64,000 nucleotides of DNA from Clostridia bacterium (GTDB taxonomy: Bacteria; Bacillota; Clostridia; Christensenellales; Aristaeellaceae): positions 1,678 to 65,677 of the forward strand of contig JAFYQB010000033.1 of NCBI GenBank assembly GCA_017547285.1. The letters run 5' to 3'. Shown one piece after another: positions 51,209-60,138 of this stretch. The stretch's first letter is position 1, and each line of letters opens with the position of its first letter. The position numbers and the translations under genes are program-made. The notes beneath the pieces were generated by a model. That model was not told where the DNA came from. It ran no database searches and was given only the letters and a program-made list of their open reading frames with translations.

Positions 51209-51955
51209 TTACAGGCTCTTGCCGCCATCCACATAGTAGTTCTGACCGGTGATGTAGCGGCCTTCGTCGCTGCACAGCAGGCGAACGATGTAGGCGCAGT
51301 CTTCCTTTTCACCGTAGAAGCCAACGGGGATCAGGTCGCGCACCTTCTGGGCGTACTCCGGATCGCTGAGGGCTTCCACATTGCGGTCGGTGTAGATGAC
51401 GCCGGGCGCCACATTGTTGATGGTAATGCCATCCTTGGCCACCTGCACCGCCAGCGACTTGACCATCATGGTCTGCGCCGCCTTGGTCGCGGAGTACACC
51501 AGCATGTCGGGATGCGGCTTGGCTTCCTGCACGCTGCCGATGGTTACGATGCGGCCCCACTTCTTTTCGCGCATGAAGGGCACGGCCTGCTGGATGAGCT
51601 TCATGGAGGAGCGCAGGTTGCAGTTTACCTGAATCTCAAAGTCCTCATCCGTGATGGTTTCCCAGGGTTTCTTGATCTGCACGGAGGCGTTGAGCACCAG
51701 AATATCCACCGGGCCGATCTTTTCGATCAGACCTTCGCAGGCGTGCGGATCAGAAAGATCAGACTGCACAATGCTGCTTTCGCGGCCCATGGCGCGAATC
51801 TGATCGCAAATATTCTGGGCTGCAGTTGCGTTGCCCGCATAATGAACCACCACATCCGCGCCCACGCGGGCCAGTTCCAGCGCGATCGCGCTGCCAATGC
51901 CGCGGCTTGCGCCGGTTACAAGGGCTTTTTTGCCTTCCAGCAACAGCTTTTCCAT
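51209..51955 (-). CDS. SDR-family NAD(P)-dependent oxidoreductase
   Basis: 248 aa. TGASRGIGSAIA is the cofactor motif and YSATKAA is the catalytic YxxxK. AGGAGG RBS. Confidence 0.85.
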   Translation of the reverse strand: MEKLLLEGKKALVTGASRGIGSAIALELARVGADVVVHYAGNATAAQNICDQIRAMGRESSIVQSDLSDPHACEGLIEKIGPVDILVLNASVQIKKPWETITDEDFEIQVNCNLRSSMKLIQQAVPFMREKKWGRIVTIGSVQEAKPHPDMLVYSATKAAQTMMVKSLAVQVAKDGITINNVAPGVIYTDRNVEALSDPEYAQKVRDLIPVGFYGEKEDCAYIVRLLCSDEGRYITGQNYYVDGGKSL

Positions 51956-51970
51956 AAAACTGCCTCCTGC

Positions 51971-52903
51971 TTACAGCGCACTCTGCGTATCATTGGGATC
52001 GCCGTTGCGCGCCAGATCGTATTCCTTGCTCCAGTCCAGATTGCGGTATTCCGCTGCGCGCTCATCGGTCTTGATGAACTCCATCAGCAGGTCCAGCATT
52101 TCTTCCGTCCAGGTGTTCTTGTCGATCTGGGCGGTGGTGAACTTGTTCAGGGTGATCATCTCAAAGCCGAACAGGTCCTTTACCTGCGTCTTGGCGCCGC
52201 CGTCCACCACTTCTTCCACCAGGTGCGGAGGAATGAACAGCACGCCGCCGGAGCAGCCGTACACCACGTCACCGGGCAGGCAGATGGCAGCCTCGCGGCC
52301 ATCACCGATGCGCACGGGGGTGTTGTAGCCGGTCATGGCAAAATCACGAATGGGGGTGGGATCGATGCCGCGGTAGTACACCTGAACATCGGGAACCTTG
52401 TGCATCTGCTCGATATCGCGGATGCCGCCCCAGATGACGGCACCGCCGGTGCCGGTCTTGTTGCGAAGCGCCGTGGTCAGGTTGCCGCCCAGGAAGGTGC
52501 CCTTGTAGATCTTGTCATACATATCCACAACCATCACGTCGCGGGGCTGCAGATGGTCCACCACCCACTGGTTGGGGGTGCCGGTCCAGCCCTTGTCCGC
52601 AGCGGCTGCAAACTGGGCCTGCGCATAGTCGGGACGGGTGGGCGCATACATGGCGGTTACGGCGCGGCCGATCATCTTGCGATTTACGGAGCCGTCTTCC
52701 TTGAATTCGGGATGCAGGGGCTTGATGGCCACAAAGTTGTTCTCATAACCCTGCACGAAGATGGGCTTCCACAGTTCTTCCAGCGTCATGGAATACAGCG
52801 CATCCAGATAGCGGTCGGCTACCTTGGGACGGCCGTCCTCAAAACGTTCGCCCTTCCAAAGGGGAGTCATGGCGATGACTTCTTCACGAGTGTAAAAAAT
52901 CAT
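51971..52903 (-). CDS. RraA-family protein (long form; possible class II pyruvate aldolase/decarboxylase)
   Basis: ORF trimmed to ATG 52903 (AAAGGAGG RBS). GGNLTTALRNKTGTGGAVIWGGIRDIEQM is the RraA/HMG-CHA-aldolase core block. At 310 aa it is longer than canonical RraA. Confidence 0.7.
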   Translation of the reverse strand: MIFYTREEVIAMTPLWKGERFEDGRPKVADRYLDALYSMTLEELWKPIFVQGYENNFVAIKPLHPEFKEDGSVNRKMIGRAVTAMYAPTRPDYAQAQFAAAADKGWTGTPNQWVVDHLQPRDVMVVDMYDKIYKGTFLGGNLTTALRNKTGTGGAVIWGGIRDIEQMHKVPDVQVYYRGIDPTPIRDFAMTGYNTPVRIGDGREAAICLPGDVVYGCSGGVLFIPPHLVEEVVDGGAKTQVKDLFGFEMITLNKFTTAQIDKNTWTEEMLDLLMEFIKTDERAAEYRNLDWSKEYDLARNGDPNDTQSAL

Positions 52904-52916
52904 ATTTTTTCCTCCT

Positions 52917-53900
52917 TTATACGGTCGTTCGGTCAAGGCAGATACATACCGCGCCGTCCATGGGGATGGACGCGCCGGCAGACGCCATCACGCCGCCTCC
53001 GGCCTGATGGGCGAACAGTATGCCGCCGGGTACGAAATCAAAATCACGCGGGATTTTTCCGCCGGTCAGCGTCCAGGCAGCGCTGACCATATGGCCTTTT
53101 TCATCAAGATCCATTTTGCACAGGCTGTCATGGCCGCGGTTGCTGACCCACAGCGCGCCTTCGTGCAGGCGGATGGCCGCGCTGGTGTTTTCGCCAGTCC
53201 AGTCAGCAGGCAGCGAGGACATTTCGCCGATAATCTTCCATCCGCCGTCGTTCACCACATAGCGAACCACGTTGTCCAGTTCTCCGGTCACATAGAAGTG
53301 ATCGGCATCTGCGAATACCAGATGGCGCGGACCCATGCCGCCGGGCATTGTGATCTCTTCTTTCAGAGAAAGCAGGCCGGTTCCGGGGTTCTGGCCGTAG
53401 ACCACGACCTTGTCGATGCCAAGGTCACAAACAAACAGCTCGTTCGTTCCGGGACGGAATACGCACTGGTGAATGTGCGCACACTCCTGACGCGCTTCGT
53501 TGGGGCCGCAGCCGGTGTGCTCCACCAGCTGAATACGCTGGCCCAGCACGCCGTTTTCCACGGGGAATACGGCCACGGAGCCGGTCAGGTAGTTGGCCAC
53601 ATAGAGGAAGCGTCCGTCGGCGCTTTCCGCCTGATGGCAGGCCGCCTTGCCCGCCGCCGCACTGATGGAGAGCAGCTCCAGGCTGTCGCCCGCAGCGCGG
53701 TAGCTGGCTGCGGCACTCTCTCCTGTTTCGGGCAGGCTGCCCACTGCATACAGCGTGCGCTGATCGCCGGACAGGATCACATAGGTTGTATCGTTCAGAT
53801 CATGGTACGCATTGACCATGGAAAGCTGGCCGTTTTCCCAGCGGCATACACCTACGCCGGGGCCGCCCATGCGGGTGTAGGAACCGGTATAGAATCGCAT
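52917..53900 (-). CDS. 7-bladed beta-propeller lactonase (Pgl/YbhE-like)
   Basis: ORF trimmed to ATG 53900 (GGGGAGGAA RBS). Its repeat pattern, with LYVANYLTGSVAVF and GPRHLVF, is typical of PF10282 lactonases. Confidence 0.7.
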   Translation of the reverse strand: MRFYTGSYTRMGGPGVGVCRWENGQLSMVNAYHDLNDTTYVILSGDQRTLYAVGSLPETGESAAASYRAAGDSLELLSISAAAGKAACHQAESADGRFLYVANYLTGSVAVFPVENGVLGQRIQLVEHTGCGPNEARQECAHIHQCVFRPGTNELFVCDLGIDKVVVYGQNPGTGLLSLKEEITMPGGMGPRHLVFADADHFYVTGELDNVVRYVVNDGGWKIIGEMSSLPADWTGENTSAAIRLHEGALWVSNRGHDSLCKMDLDEKGHMVSAAWTLTGGKIPRDFDFVPGGILFAHQAGGGVMASAGASIPMDGAVCICLDRTTV

Positions 53901-53919
53901 GGAGGTTCCTCCCCTTTCC

Positions 53920-55281
53920 TTAGCTCCAGAGACGGTCGTTGCAGATGTCGCCATCCCACTGGCTGGTCTCTTCCCACTGACCGGGGATGTTCTTGCAGAT
54001 CAGCGTGCTGATGAATTCTTCGTTGAGGGATTCAATGCCCAGACCGGGAGCATCCGGCACGGTGATGAAGCCCTCCTGAATGAGGGGCTTGGGCAGACCG
54101 TTCACGATATCCTGCCAGTAGGGCACATCCGCAGAGTGGAACTCCATGGCGATCACCTGAGGCAGAGCGGCGGCTACGTGCACGGCAGCCATCGCGCCGA
54201 TGGGACTTTCGGCCATGTGCAGAGCGGTCATCACGCCGTATTCATAGGCCAGATCGCCGATCTTCTTGGTTTCCAGCATACCGCCGGCCGTCAGCACGTC
54301 GGGGTGGATGACGCTCACGCCGCCGGCCTTCATCAGCTTTTCAAAGCCTTCCTTGCAGTAAATGTCCTCACCGGTGCAGATAGGCATGGTGGTGGAGTTG
54401 CGCAGACGTACATAGTGATCGGTGTAGTGCCAGGGGGCTACATCCTCGATCCAGGCCAGGTTGTAGGGCTCCATACGCTTGGCAAAGCGGATGGTGTCCT
54501 CCACGCAGATGTGGCCGAAGTGGTCAACCGCCAGAGGCACATCGTAGCCGATCACTTCGCGGCATTCCTTCACATAGTTTTCCAGCAGATCCAGACCCTT
54601 TTCGGTGATGCGGATGCCGGTGAAGGGATGACCGACCGTGTTGATTTCATAAGCCTTGTGGCTCATCTGGGAAATTTCCATGGAGCCGTGGGGCGCGTTG
54701 ACGGAGTGCTTGCCATAAGTCTTCATCTCTTCCAGGAAGCCAAGGGGCGCGGTGAGCGTGCCGGGCTCGTTGATCAGCAGGCCGATGCCCAGGTCCATCT
54801 TGAGGAAGGTGAAGCCCATGTCCATGCGGCGCTTAAGGGCCAGACCCATGTCGTGGCCGGTGTGCTTGCCGTCCACGTCGGTATCGCAGTATACGCGGAT
54901 CTTGTCGCGGAACTTGCCGCCCAGCAGCTGCCAGCAGGGAACACCCCAGGCCTTGCCCGCGATATCCCACAGGGCAACTTCCACGCCGCTTACGCCGCCG
55001 CCCTGACGGGAGTGATGGCCGAACTGCTTGACGCGGCGGAACAGCTTATCCACATTCAGCGGATTTTCGCCCAGCAGGCGGCTCTTGAGCATGGCGGCAT
55101 AGGTTTTGGTGGCGGCGTCGCGCACTTCGCCGTAACCGACAATGCCGGCATTGGTGTATACCTTGATGAGGGTGCAGCGCTTGGGCATGGTATCGATGTC
55201 GCAGAAGCGCATATCCGTGATTTTCAGTTCAGCGCGTTCCTGGGCTGTAAGGGGAGTCAAACGATCAGGCTGAAGATTCAT
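53920..55281 (-). CDS. enolase-superfamily acid-sugar dehydratase (mandelate racemase/MLE family)
   Basis: 453 aa. GVEVALWDIAGKAWGVPCWQLLGG, PLAVDHFGH, LAWIEDV and ICTGEDIY are metal-ligand blocks. AAAGGAGGAA RBS. Confidence 0.85.
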   Translation of the reverse strand: MNLQPDRLTPLTAQERAELKITDMRFCDIDTMPKRCTLIKVYTNAGIVGYGEVRDAATKTYAAMLKSRLLGENPLNVDKLFRRVKQFGHHSRQGGGVSGVEVALWDIAGKAWGVPCWQLLGGKFRDKIRVYCDTDVDGKHTGHDMGLALKRRMDMGFTFLKMDLGIGLLINEPGTLTAPLGFLEEMKTYGKHSVNAPHGSMEISQMSHKAYEINTVGHPFTGIRITEKGLDLLENYVKECREVIGYDVPLAVDHFGHICVEDTIRFAKRMEPYNLAWIEDVAPWHYTDHYVRLRNSTTMPICTGEDIYCKEGFEKLMKAGGVSVIHPDVLTAGGMLETKKIGDLAYEYGVMTALHMAESPIGAMAAVHVAAALPQVIAMEFHSADVPYWQDIVNGLPKPLIQEGFITVPDAPGLGIESLNEEFISTLICKNIPGQWEETSQWDGDICNDRLWS

Positions 55282-55416
55282 GGATGGTTCCTCCTTTGTT
55301 CATGCGTCATTTGGCAAATAGCAAACCTTTCCATCTACATATATTATAATCGCGCCGCCTTTCCGATGCGATAAATATACACCAAAAAATTTCAAAAATC
55401 ATCCAAAACAAAAGCA

Positions 55417-56328
55417 TTAAACGGCAGGCCCGAGCCGCACGTTCATAAGCACAACACACAGGATGCCAAACGCGACTCCCCAGCGCTGCCGGGAAGAAAG
55501 CCGGTCATGGAAGAACAGAAGGCCGATGGCTGTCATAATCAGCGACATGAGTCCTGAATGTGTGGGATGCAGAAATGTTCCTTCGATATTGGCAACACTG
55601 AGCATCATGCCCTTCTGGTAAACGCTGAGCACCGCAGCAATCGCCGCTACATACAAAAGCACATGCCAATCAAAACCCATGCTGCTTTTGCTGCGCAGAC
55701 CGCAGCGTGTATTGCAGAAATAGAACGCAAAAGCCAGCAGCGAAGCGATCACATACATGATCGCTGAAAAGGTGATATCCATATGGGGTGTCGCTGCACC
55801 CGGCGTAACGCTGAACATACGCTGCACAAAGCCAATGCCGCTGTCGCCTGTCATGGCAAGAAGCACCAGCAGCAGCCATCTGCCCTGACGCTTTTTTTCA
55901 TTTTCTTTCTTTTCCACGCTTAAAAACATGGATACCACCAGTGCTGCAATGCCCGCAATCTGCGTTGCATACAGCCTGTCGCCATACATCGCCATGCCAA
56001 AACCGGCAACCAGCAGCACGCTGAAATTAACGATCAGCGTAGTAAGCGATACCGGGCCGCTTGCCAGCGCAAGTGCATAGCAAGTCTGGAACAGCACCAC
56101 GCAAACGCCCGCTGCTGCGGCATGCAGCACGGTGGACAGATCCGGCTTTGCCAGCGGAAAGATCAGGCACATGCAGCAGGCGATGGCTGCAAACAGCATA
56201 CCGTTGAACCATACGCCATCCTGTGTGCAGCGAACGTAGCGGCGGCTCATGCTTCCCTGCAATGAAACCTTTACACACCCCAGAACGGAAATTCCAGCAA
56301 GGAGCAAAAACTGAACAAAGTAACTCAC
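55417..56328 (-). CDS. 10-TM membrane transporter (DMT/RhaT-like sugar transporter suspected)
   Basis: 303 aa, GTG start 7 nt after GGAGG. It is uniformly hydrophobic with two homologous-looking halves. The family call is tentative. Confidence 0.55.
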   Translation of the reverse strand: MSYFVQFLLLAGISVLGCVKVSLQGSMSRRYVRCTQDGVWFNGMLFAAIACCMCLIFPLAKPDLSTVLHAAAAGVCVVLFQTCYALALASGPVSLTTLIVNFSVLLVAGFGMAMYGDRLYATQIAGIAALVVSMFLSVEKKENEKKRQGRWLLLVLLAMTGDSGIGFVQRMFSVTPGAATPHMDITFSAIMYVIASLLAFAFYFCNTRCGLRSKSSMGFDWHVLLYVAAIAAVLSVYQKGMMLSVANIEGTFLHPTHSGLMSLIMTAIGLLFFHDRLSSRQRWGVAFGILCVVLMNVRLGPAV

Positions 56329-56349
56329 AGCAATTCCTCCTTCGTACGG

Positions 56350-57225
56350 TCAGGGCTGTACTTCTTTGCGGTATTGGGTAGGCGTTTTGTTGGTCTGCCT
56401 GCGGAATGCATAATTAAAATTGGCAGTTGTGTTAAAGCCGCAGTCCACGGCAATGCTTGTAATCGGCAGCGAGGTGGTGCGCAGCAGATTGGCAGCGTGG
56501 CTTATTCTGCGTGAAACGATATATTCCCAGGGTGAAAGGCCGTTCAGCTGTTTAAAAAGCGCAGAAAAGTGAGAGCGGCTCATGTGTGCGGTGTCTGCCA
56601 GGTCCTCCAACTTCAGATCAGAGCACAGATTATCATCAATATACTGCATCACCGTACGCAGCTGCTGGAGCAGCTGCGCTTTCTGTATGCCGGAATTATC
56701 TTCAAACCACAGCGCATAGTTTCGGCGGATCAGCACCAGCGCAACCAGCAGCATATTTTTAACCATCATATCATAAAAGTTCTCTTTATGCAGGACCTCC
56801 CGGTTGATTTGGAAAAGTGCGAAGCGGATTTCCTCCGCGCGCGGATCATCATGCTGCAGCTGATGGCTGAAAAGCTCATTCCTGTGAAAAAACACATCCA
56901 GATAGCGAAGATCAAAGGTATCGTGCCCCGGTCCCCAGATAAAACGCGGCTCGAACTGAAGGTTGAATATCTGCAGTTCATCCACTGCTTCCGTAATGCA
57001 GTGCGCTTCGTTGGTGGAAAACAGGAATACATCCTGCGGTTCAAAGCGGTATACCTTTTCTCCAACGCGGTACACGCCGTGCCCTTTGACCACAATGCTG
57101 ATTTCAAACGCGCCGTGGCGGTGCTCCGTATTTTCCCGGCGGAAAGGCTCGCGCATGGAATGATACGCTTTGAGCATGGGCAGATCGGTGTAGTTGGATA
57201 CTATTTCATTGCTCTGCAGAATCAA
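56350..57225 (-). CDS. AraC-family transcriptional regulator
   Basis: 291 aa, TTG start after AAAGGAAG. The HTH signature is LEDLADTAHMSRSHFSALFKQ...GFNTTANFNYAFR. Confidence 0.85.
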   Translation of the reverse strand: MILQSNEIVSNYTDLPMLKAYHSMREPFRRENTEHRHGAFEISIVVKGHGVYRVGEKVYRFEPQDVFLFSTNEAHCITEAVDELQIFNLQFEPRFIWGPGHDTFDLRYLDVFFHRNELFSHQLQHDDPRAEEIRFALFQINREVLHKENFYDMMVKNMLLVALVLIRRNYALWFEDNSGIQKAQLLQQLRTVMQYIDDNLCSDLKLEDLADTAHMSRSHFSALFKQLNGLSPWEYIVSRRISHAANLLRTTSLPITSIAVDCGFNTTANFNYAFRRQTNKTPTQYRKEVQP

Positions 57226-57404
57226 ATTTCCGCTTCCTTTCTTTCAAGCGCGGCATAAAACCGCAGCGTATCAAAAATATCTGTTTTTTCAGCATCCTGT
57301 TTCTGTTTACATTCGTGCTTTCCTGCGGTGAATCCTTCTGCAAGAGGAATTGAACTTTGGAATGTCGAATCCTCCATTCAACAAACTTTATGGAGGCATC
57401 CGCC

Positions 57405-58052
57405 ATGAGCATCACCCGCAACTGCAGCCTTGTGCTGCTTGGAGACAGCTATACCACCTTTGCCGGACATATTCCGGAAGGGAATTCCATCTTTTATCCC
57501 CGTCTGGAAGCCGTGCCCGATGTAACCGATGTGGAAATGACCTGGTGGAAGCAGCTGATTCACATGCGCGGCCTTCACCTGTTGTGCAACGAAAGCTCCT
57601 CCGGCACCACCATCTCCACCCGTGTGCGCGAGGTGCATACCCCCAAGGATGCTTTTATCAGCCGCATGAAGCGCGTGCTTGGCCCCGAGGGCGTGATGGG
57701 CGAAAAGCCGGAATTGGTTCTGATCATGGGCGGCACCAACGACAGCTGGATCGGCAACGAAGCAGGTGAACTGCAGTTTGAAGGATGGACGGATGAAACC
57801 CTTTTGCAGGTTCTGCCCGCAGCCTGCTATATGCTGGATTACATTACAACCCACAATCCCGATGCCGCCATCCTGTTTATGCTGAACACCGAACTGCGCA
57901 AAGAGATCGCTGACGGGCTGATCGCAGCCTGCGAACATTACGGCGTACCGGTTCTCTGCCTGCACGATATCAGCAAGCAAAGCGGCCATCCCGATGTTCT
58001 GGGCATGAAGCAGATCGCCCGGCAGGTTGATCAGGCGCTGGATGCGCTGTAA
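57405..58052 (+). CDS. SGNH/GDSL-family hydrolase (esterase)
   Basis: ORF trimmed to ATG 57405 (GGAGG RBS). Block I is VLLGDSYT, block III is IMGGTNDSW, and a late SGHP is present. Confidence 0.75.
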   Translation: MSITRNCSLVLLGDSYTTFAGHIPEGNSIFYPRLEAVPDVTDVEMTWWKQLIHMRGLHLLCNESSSGTTISTRVREVHTPKDAFISRMKRVLGPEGVMGEKPELVLIMGGTNDSWIGNEAGELQFEGWTDETLLQVLPAACYMLDYITTHNPDAAILFMLNTELRKEIADGLIAACEHYGVPVLCLHDISKQSGHPDVLGMKQIARQVDQALDAL

Positions 58053-58062
58053 ACCATAGGAC

Positions 58063-58092
58063 CCCCGTGTTTCCTCTGCAGGAAACACGGGG
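58063..58092. terminator. bidirectional terminator between convergent genes
   Basis: ccccgtgtttcc/ggaaacacgggg is a perfect 12-bp stem, followed by TGTTTGTTT on the plus strand. Confidence 0.65.
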
Positions 58093-58099
58093 TGTTTGT

Positions 58100-60034
58100 T
58101 TACTTGACTTTCAGATAGGCAATCGACATGGCAGGAACATCGACCGGCTCCGCTTTCCCGCCGGTCAGGGCGCTGGTCACGCTGCCGCTGGCATCCAGCC
58201 GGATGCTGTGCGCATCATCCAGTGAAGGATTGAGCAAGGCCACCACTGTATCTTCCTTGCCCGCCAGCACGATGGGCATTACGTTCAGACCGCCTTCCAC
58301 CGTCCACGTTTCTTCGCCCTTCATCAGCCATTTTACGATGGCGCGCACCTGCCCCGCACGGCATTTGTACAGCCAGTTGCGGTCCGGCACGATGGCGGAG
58401 GCAAAGGTGCATACACGGGCGCCGCGGCTGTTTTCATACAAATAGACAGCCGGTGCAAAAGGAACCTTGTCACAGCCGATGAAATGGGAGGCTGCAAATG
58501 CGCCCTCCATGGCGTCAAACAGCACGGGCTGATTGCGTTCATCGTGCACGTTGCGGCCATAGGCCGCTACATACTGACCATGGCAATTGCCGTCAAAGCC
58601 ATCCACGTCAAAGCATTCATAGCACGCCACATCCAGCCGGCGCGGATTCTCAAGACCGATCTCACTGCCAAAGCCGCGCTCGCACAGCTTGATTGCCGCA
58701 AACATATCCAGCAGCAGCGGTTTGGAAAGCAGACGGCTGATGTCTTCATCCGTCAGGCAGTTCACCACGTCGCCGTCCACAAAGTTGATATTGCCCTCGC
58801 CAAAAGCCACCGGCACGCCCATGCGCGCCATTACGCCGGAAGGATCGGCAATGGTGGAGTGCGGGTACAACCCCTGCACACTTCCGGTACGGTTTTCGAT
58901 GTTTCTTGAAATGGCCCAGTCCCACAGGAAATGAACGCCTTTGGGCTGACGGCCCTTTTTGAGTTCCTGCACCTGATCGTAGAGCGCGCGGCGGTCGCGC
59001 AGCATATCGCTGTATTCCTGGCAGTACAGAAAAGGCGTTTCAAAATGATCGAACAGGTTCAGCGTGGCCTGTCCGCATCCGGCCAGCGCATGCAGCTGGA
59101 TATGCAGGTCGGTCTGGCGTACGCTCTTGCTCATTACCGTGCGCGGATAGGAGTCCACTTCGCTTACTGCAAACAGCTCGCCGGGAATTTCCGCCAGCGA
59201 ACGCGCCGTGCCCAGGTACATGGAACACACGCCGCTCAGCAGCGTATCCGAATACGCGCCGCCGGCAGGACGGGCAAGCATGGTCTTGTTTTCGCCTGCA
59301 AAGGTCTGCAGAAGTTTGGGCAGATCACGGCCCTGATAGCTGCTGGACGCATTGGAACAGCACATCAAGCCAAGCTGCACATCGGGGTCCACGGCATGCA
59401 CAGCAGCTTCCACCACCCGGCCGGTCTGCAGCTGGTTTTCAAAGTTTACATCCATCCATGCCTGACGGATCCGCAGATCCTCTTCGCTGTTTCCGCACAC
59501 ATGATTGCGCAGGCTTTCCGGCGTGAGGGCCACACCGCAGCGCTCGGACGTTGCTTTCACATGCAGATCACAGAAGCATCCTGCCCGGCCCTGATAGTGG
59601 TTGTCCGAGCGGAAATCATCATCCAGATAAATGCGGGCAAAACCGGCGCGTGCGCAATCGGCGCATACGCGGGTGATATATGCCTGCCATTCGGGATCCA
59701 TGCCGCACGGCGCGGCAGGCGAGGCCTTCAGATCATGCCCCACAAATTTGGAGAAGGAAGGCATGCCCTCCACCGTTCCCTCATAATGTCCCATGCTGAC
59801 TTTGATGTACATGGAAGGAATCAGGCCTTCCGCCTTCAAAAGTGGAACGATTTCACAGTACGCATCCGCAATGCGATGGAAATATTCCTCACTCTGTACA
59901 ACCGTGGCAATGGCATAGCTTTCCTCGCTCAGAAGCACTTCGTCAATGTGCGCTTCATGGCAAAACCGGATCAGCTCCGGCAGAAAAGTACGCCACGTAT
60001 CCAGGTGAATGTTGGTGCGAAGTCCGTATTGCAT
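58100..60034 (-). CDS. 644-aa cytoplasmic protein of unknown function
   Basis: Long ORF with an AAGGAGG RBS and codon usage like its neighbours. No signal peptide or TM segment. I recognise no family. The first ~280 aa only loosely recall sugar-isomerase/epimerase TIM barrels. Confidence 0.8.
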   Translation of the reverse strand: MQYGLRTNIHLDTWRTFLPELIRFCHEAHIDEVLLSEESYAIATVVQSEEYFHRIADAYCEIVPLLKAEGLIPSMYIKVSMGHYEGTVEGMPSFSKFVGHDLKASPAAPCGMDPEWQAYITRVCADCARAGFARIYLDDDFRSDNHYQGRAGCFCDLHVKATSERCGVALTPESLRNHVCGNSEEDLRIRQAWMDVNFENQLQTGRVVEAAVHAVDPDVQLGLMCCSNASSSYQGRDLPKLLQTFAGENKTMLARPAGGAYSDTLLSGVCSMYLGTARSLAEIPGELFAVSEVDSYPRTVMSKSVRQTDLHIQLHALAGCGQATLNLFDHFETPFLYCQEYSDMLRDRRALYDQVQELKKGRQPKGVHFLWDWAISRNIENRTGSVQGLYPHSTIADPSGVMARMGVPVAFGEGNINFVDGDVVNCLTDEDISRLLSKPLLLDMFAAIKLCERGFGSEIGLENPRRLDVACYECFDVDGFDGNCHGQYVAAYGRNVHDERNQPVLFDAMEGAFAASHFIGCDKVPFAPAVYLYENSRGARVCTFASAIVPDRNWLYKCRAGQVRAIVKWLMKGEETWTVEGGLNVMPIVLAGKEDTVVALLNPSLDDAHSIRLDASGSVTSALTGGKAEPVDVPAMSIAYLKVK

Positions 60035-60138
60035 GGGCCAGCCTCCTTTATTTCGATGTCTGTTTTTGATTCCATTATAAAACCTTTTTCAATATAGTCA
60101 TCAAAAACCCTCTTCAATCCATCAAAAATCGTCTTTTT

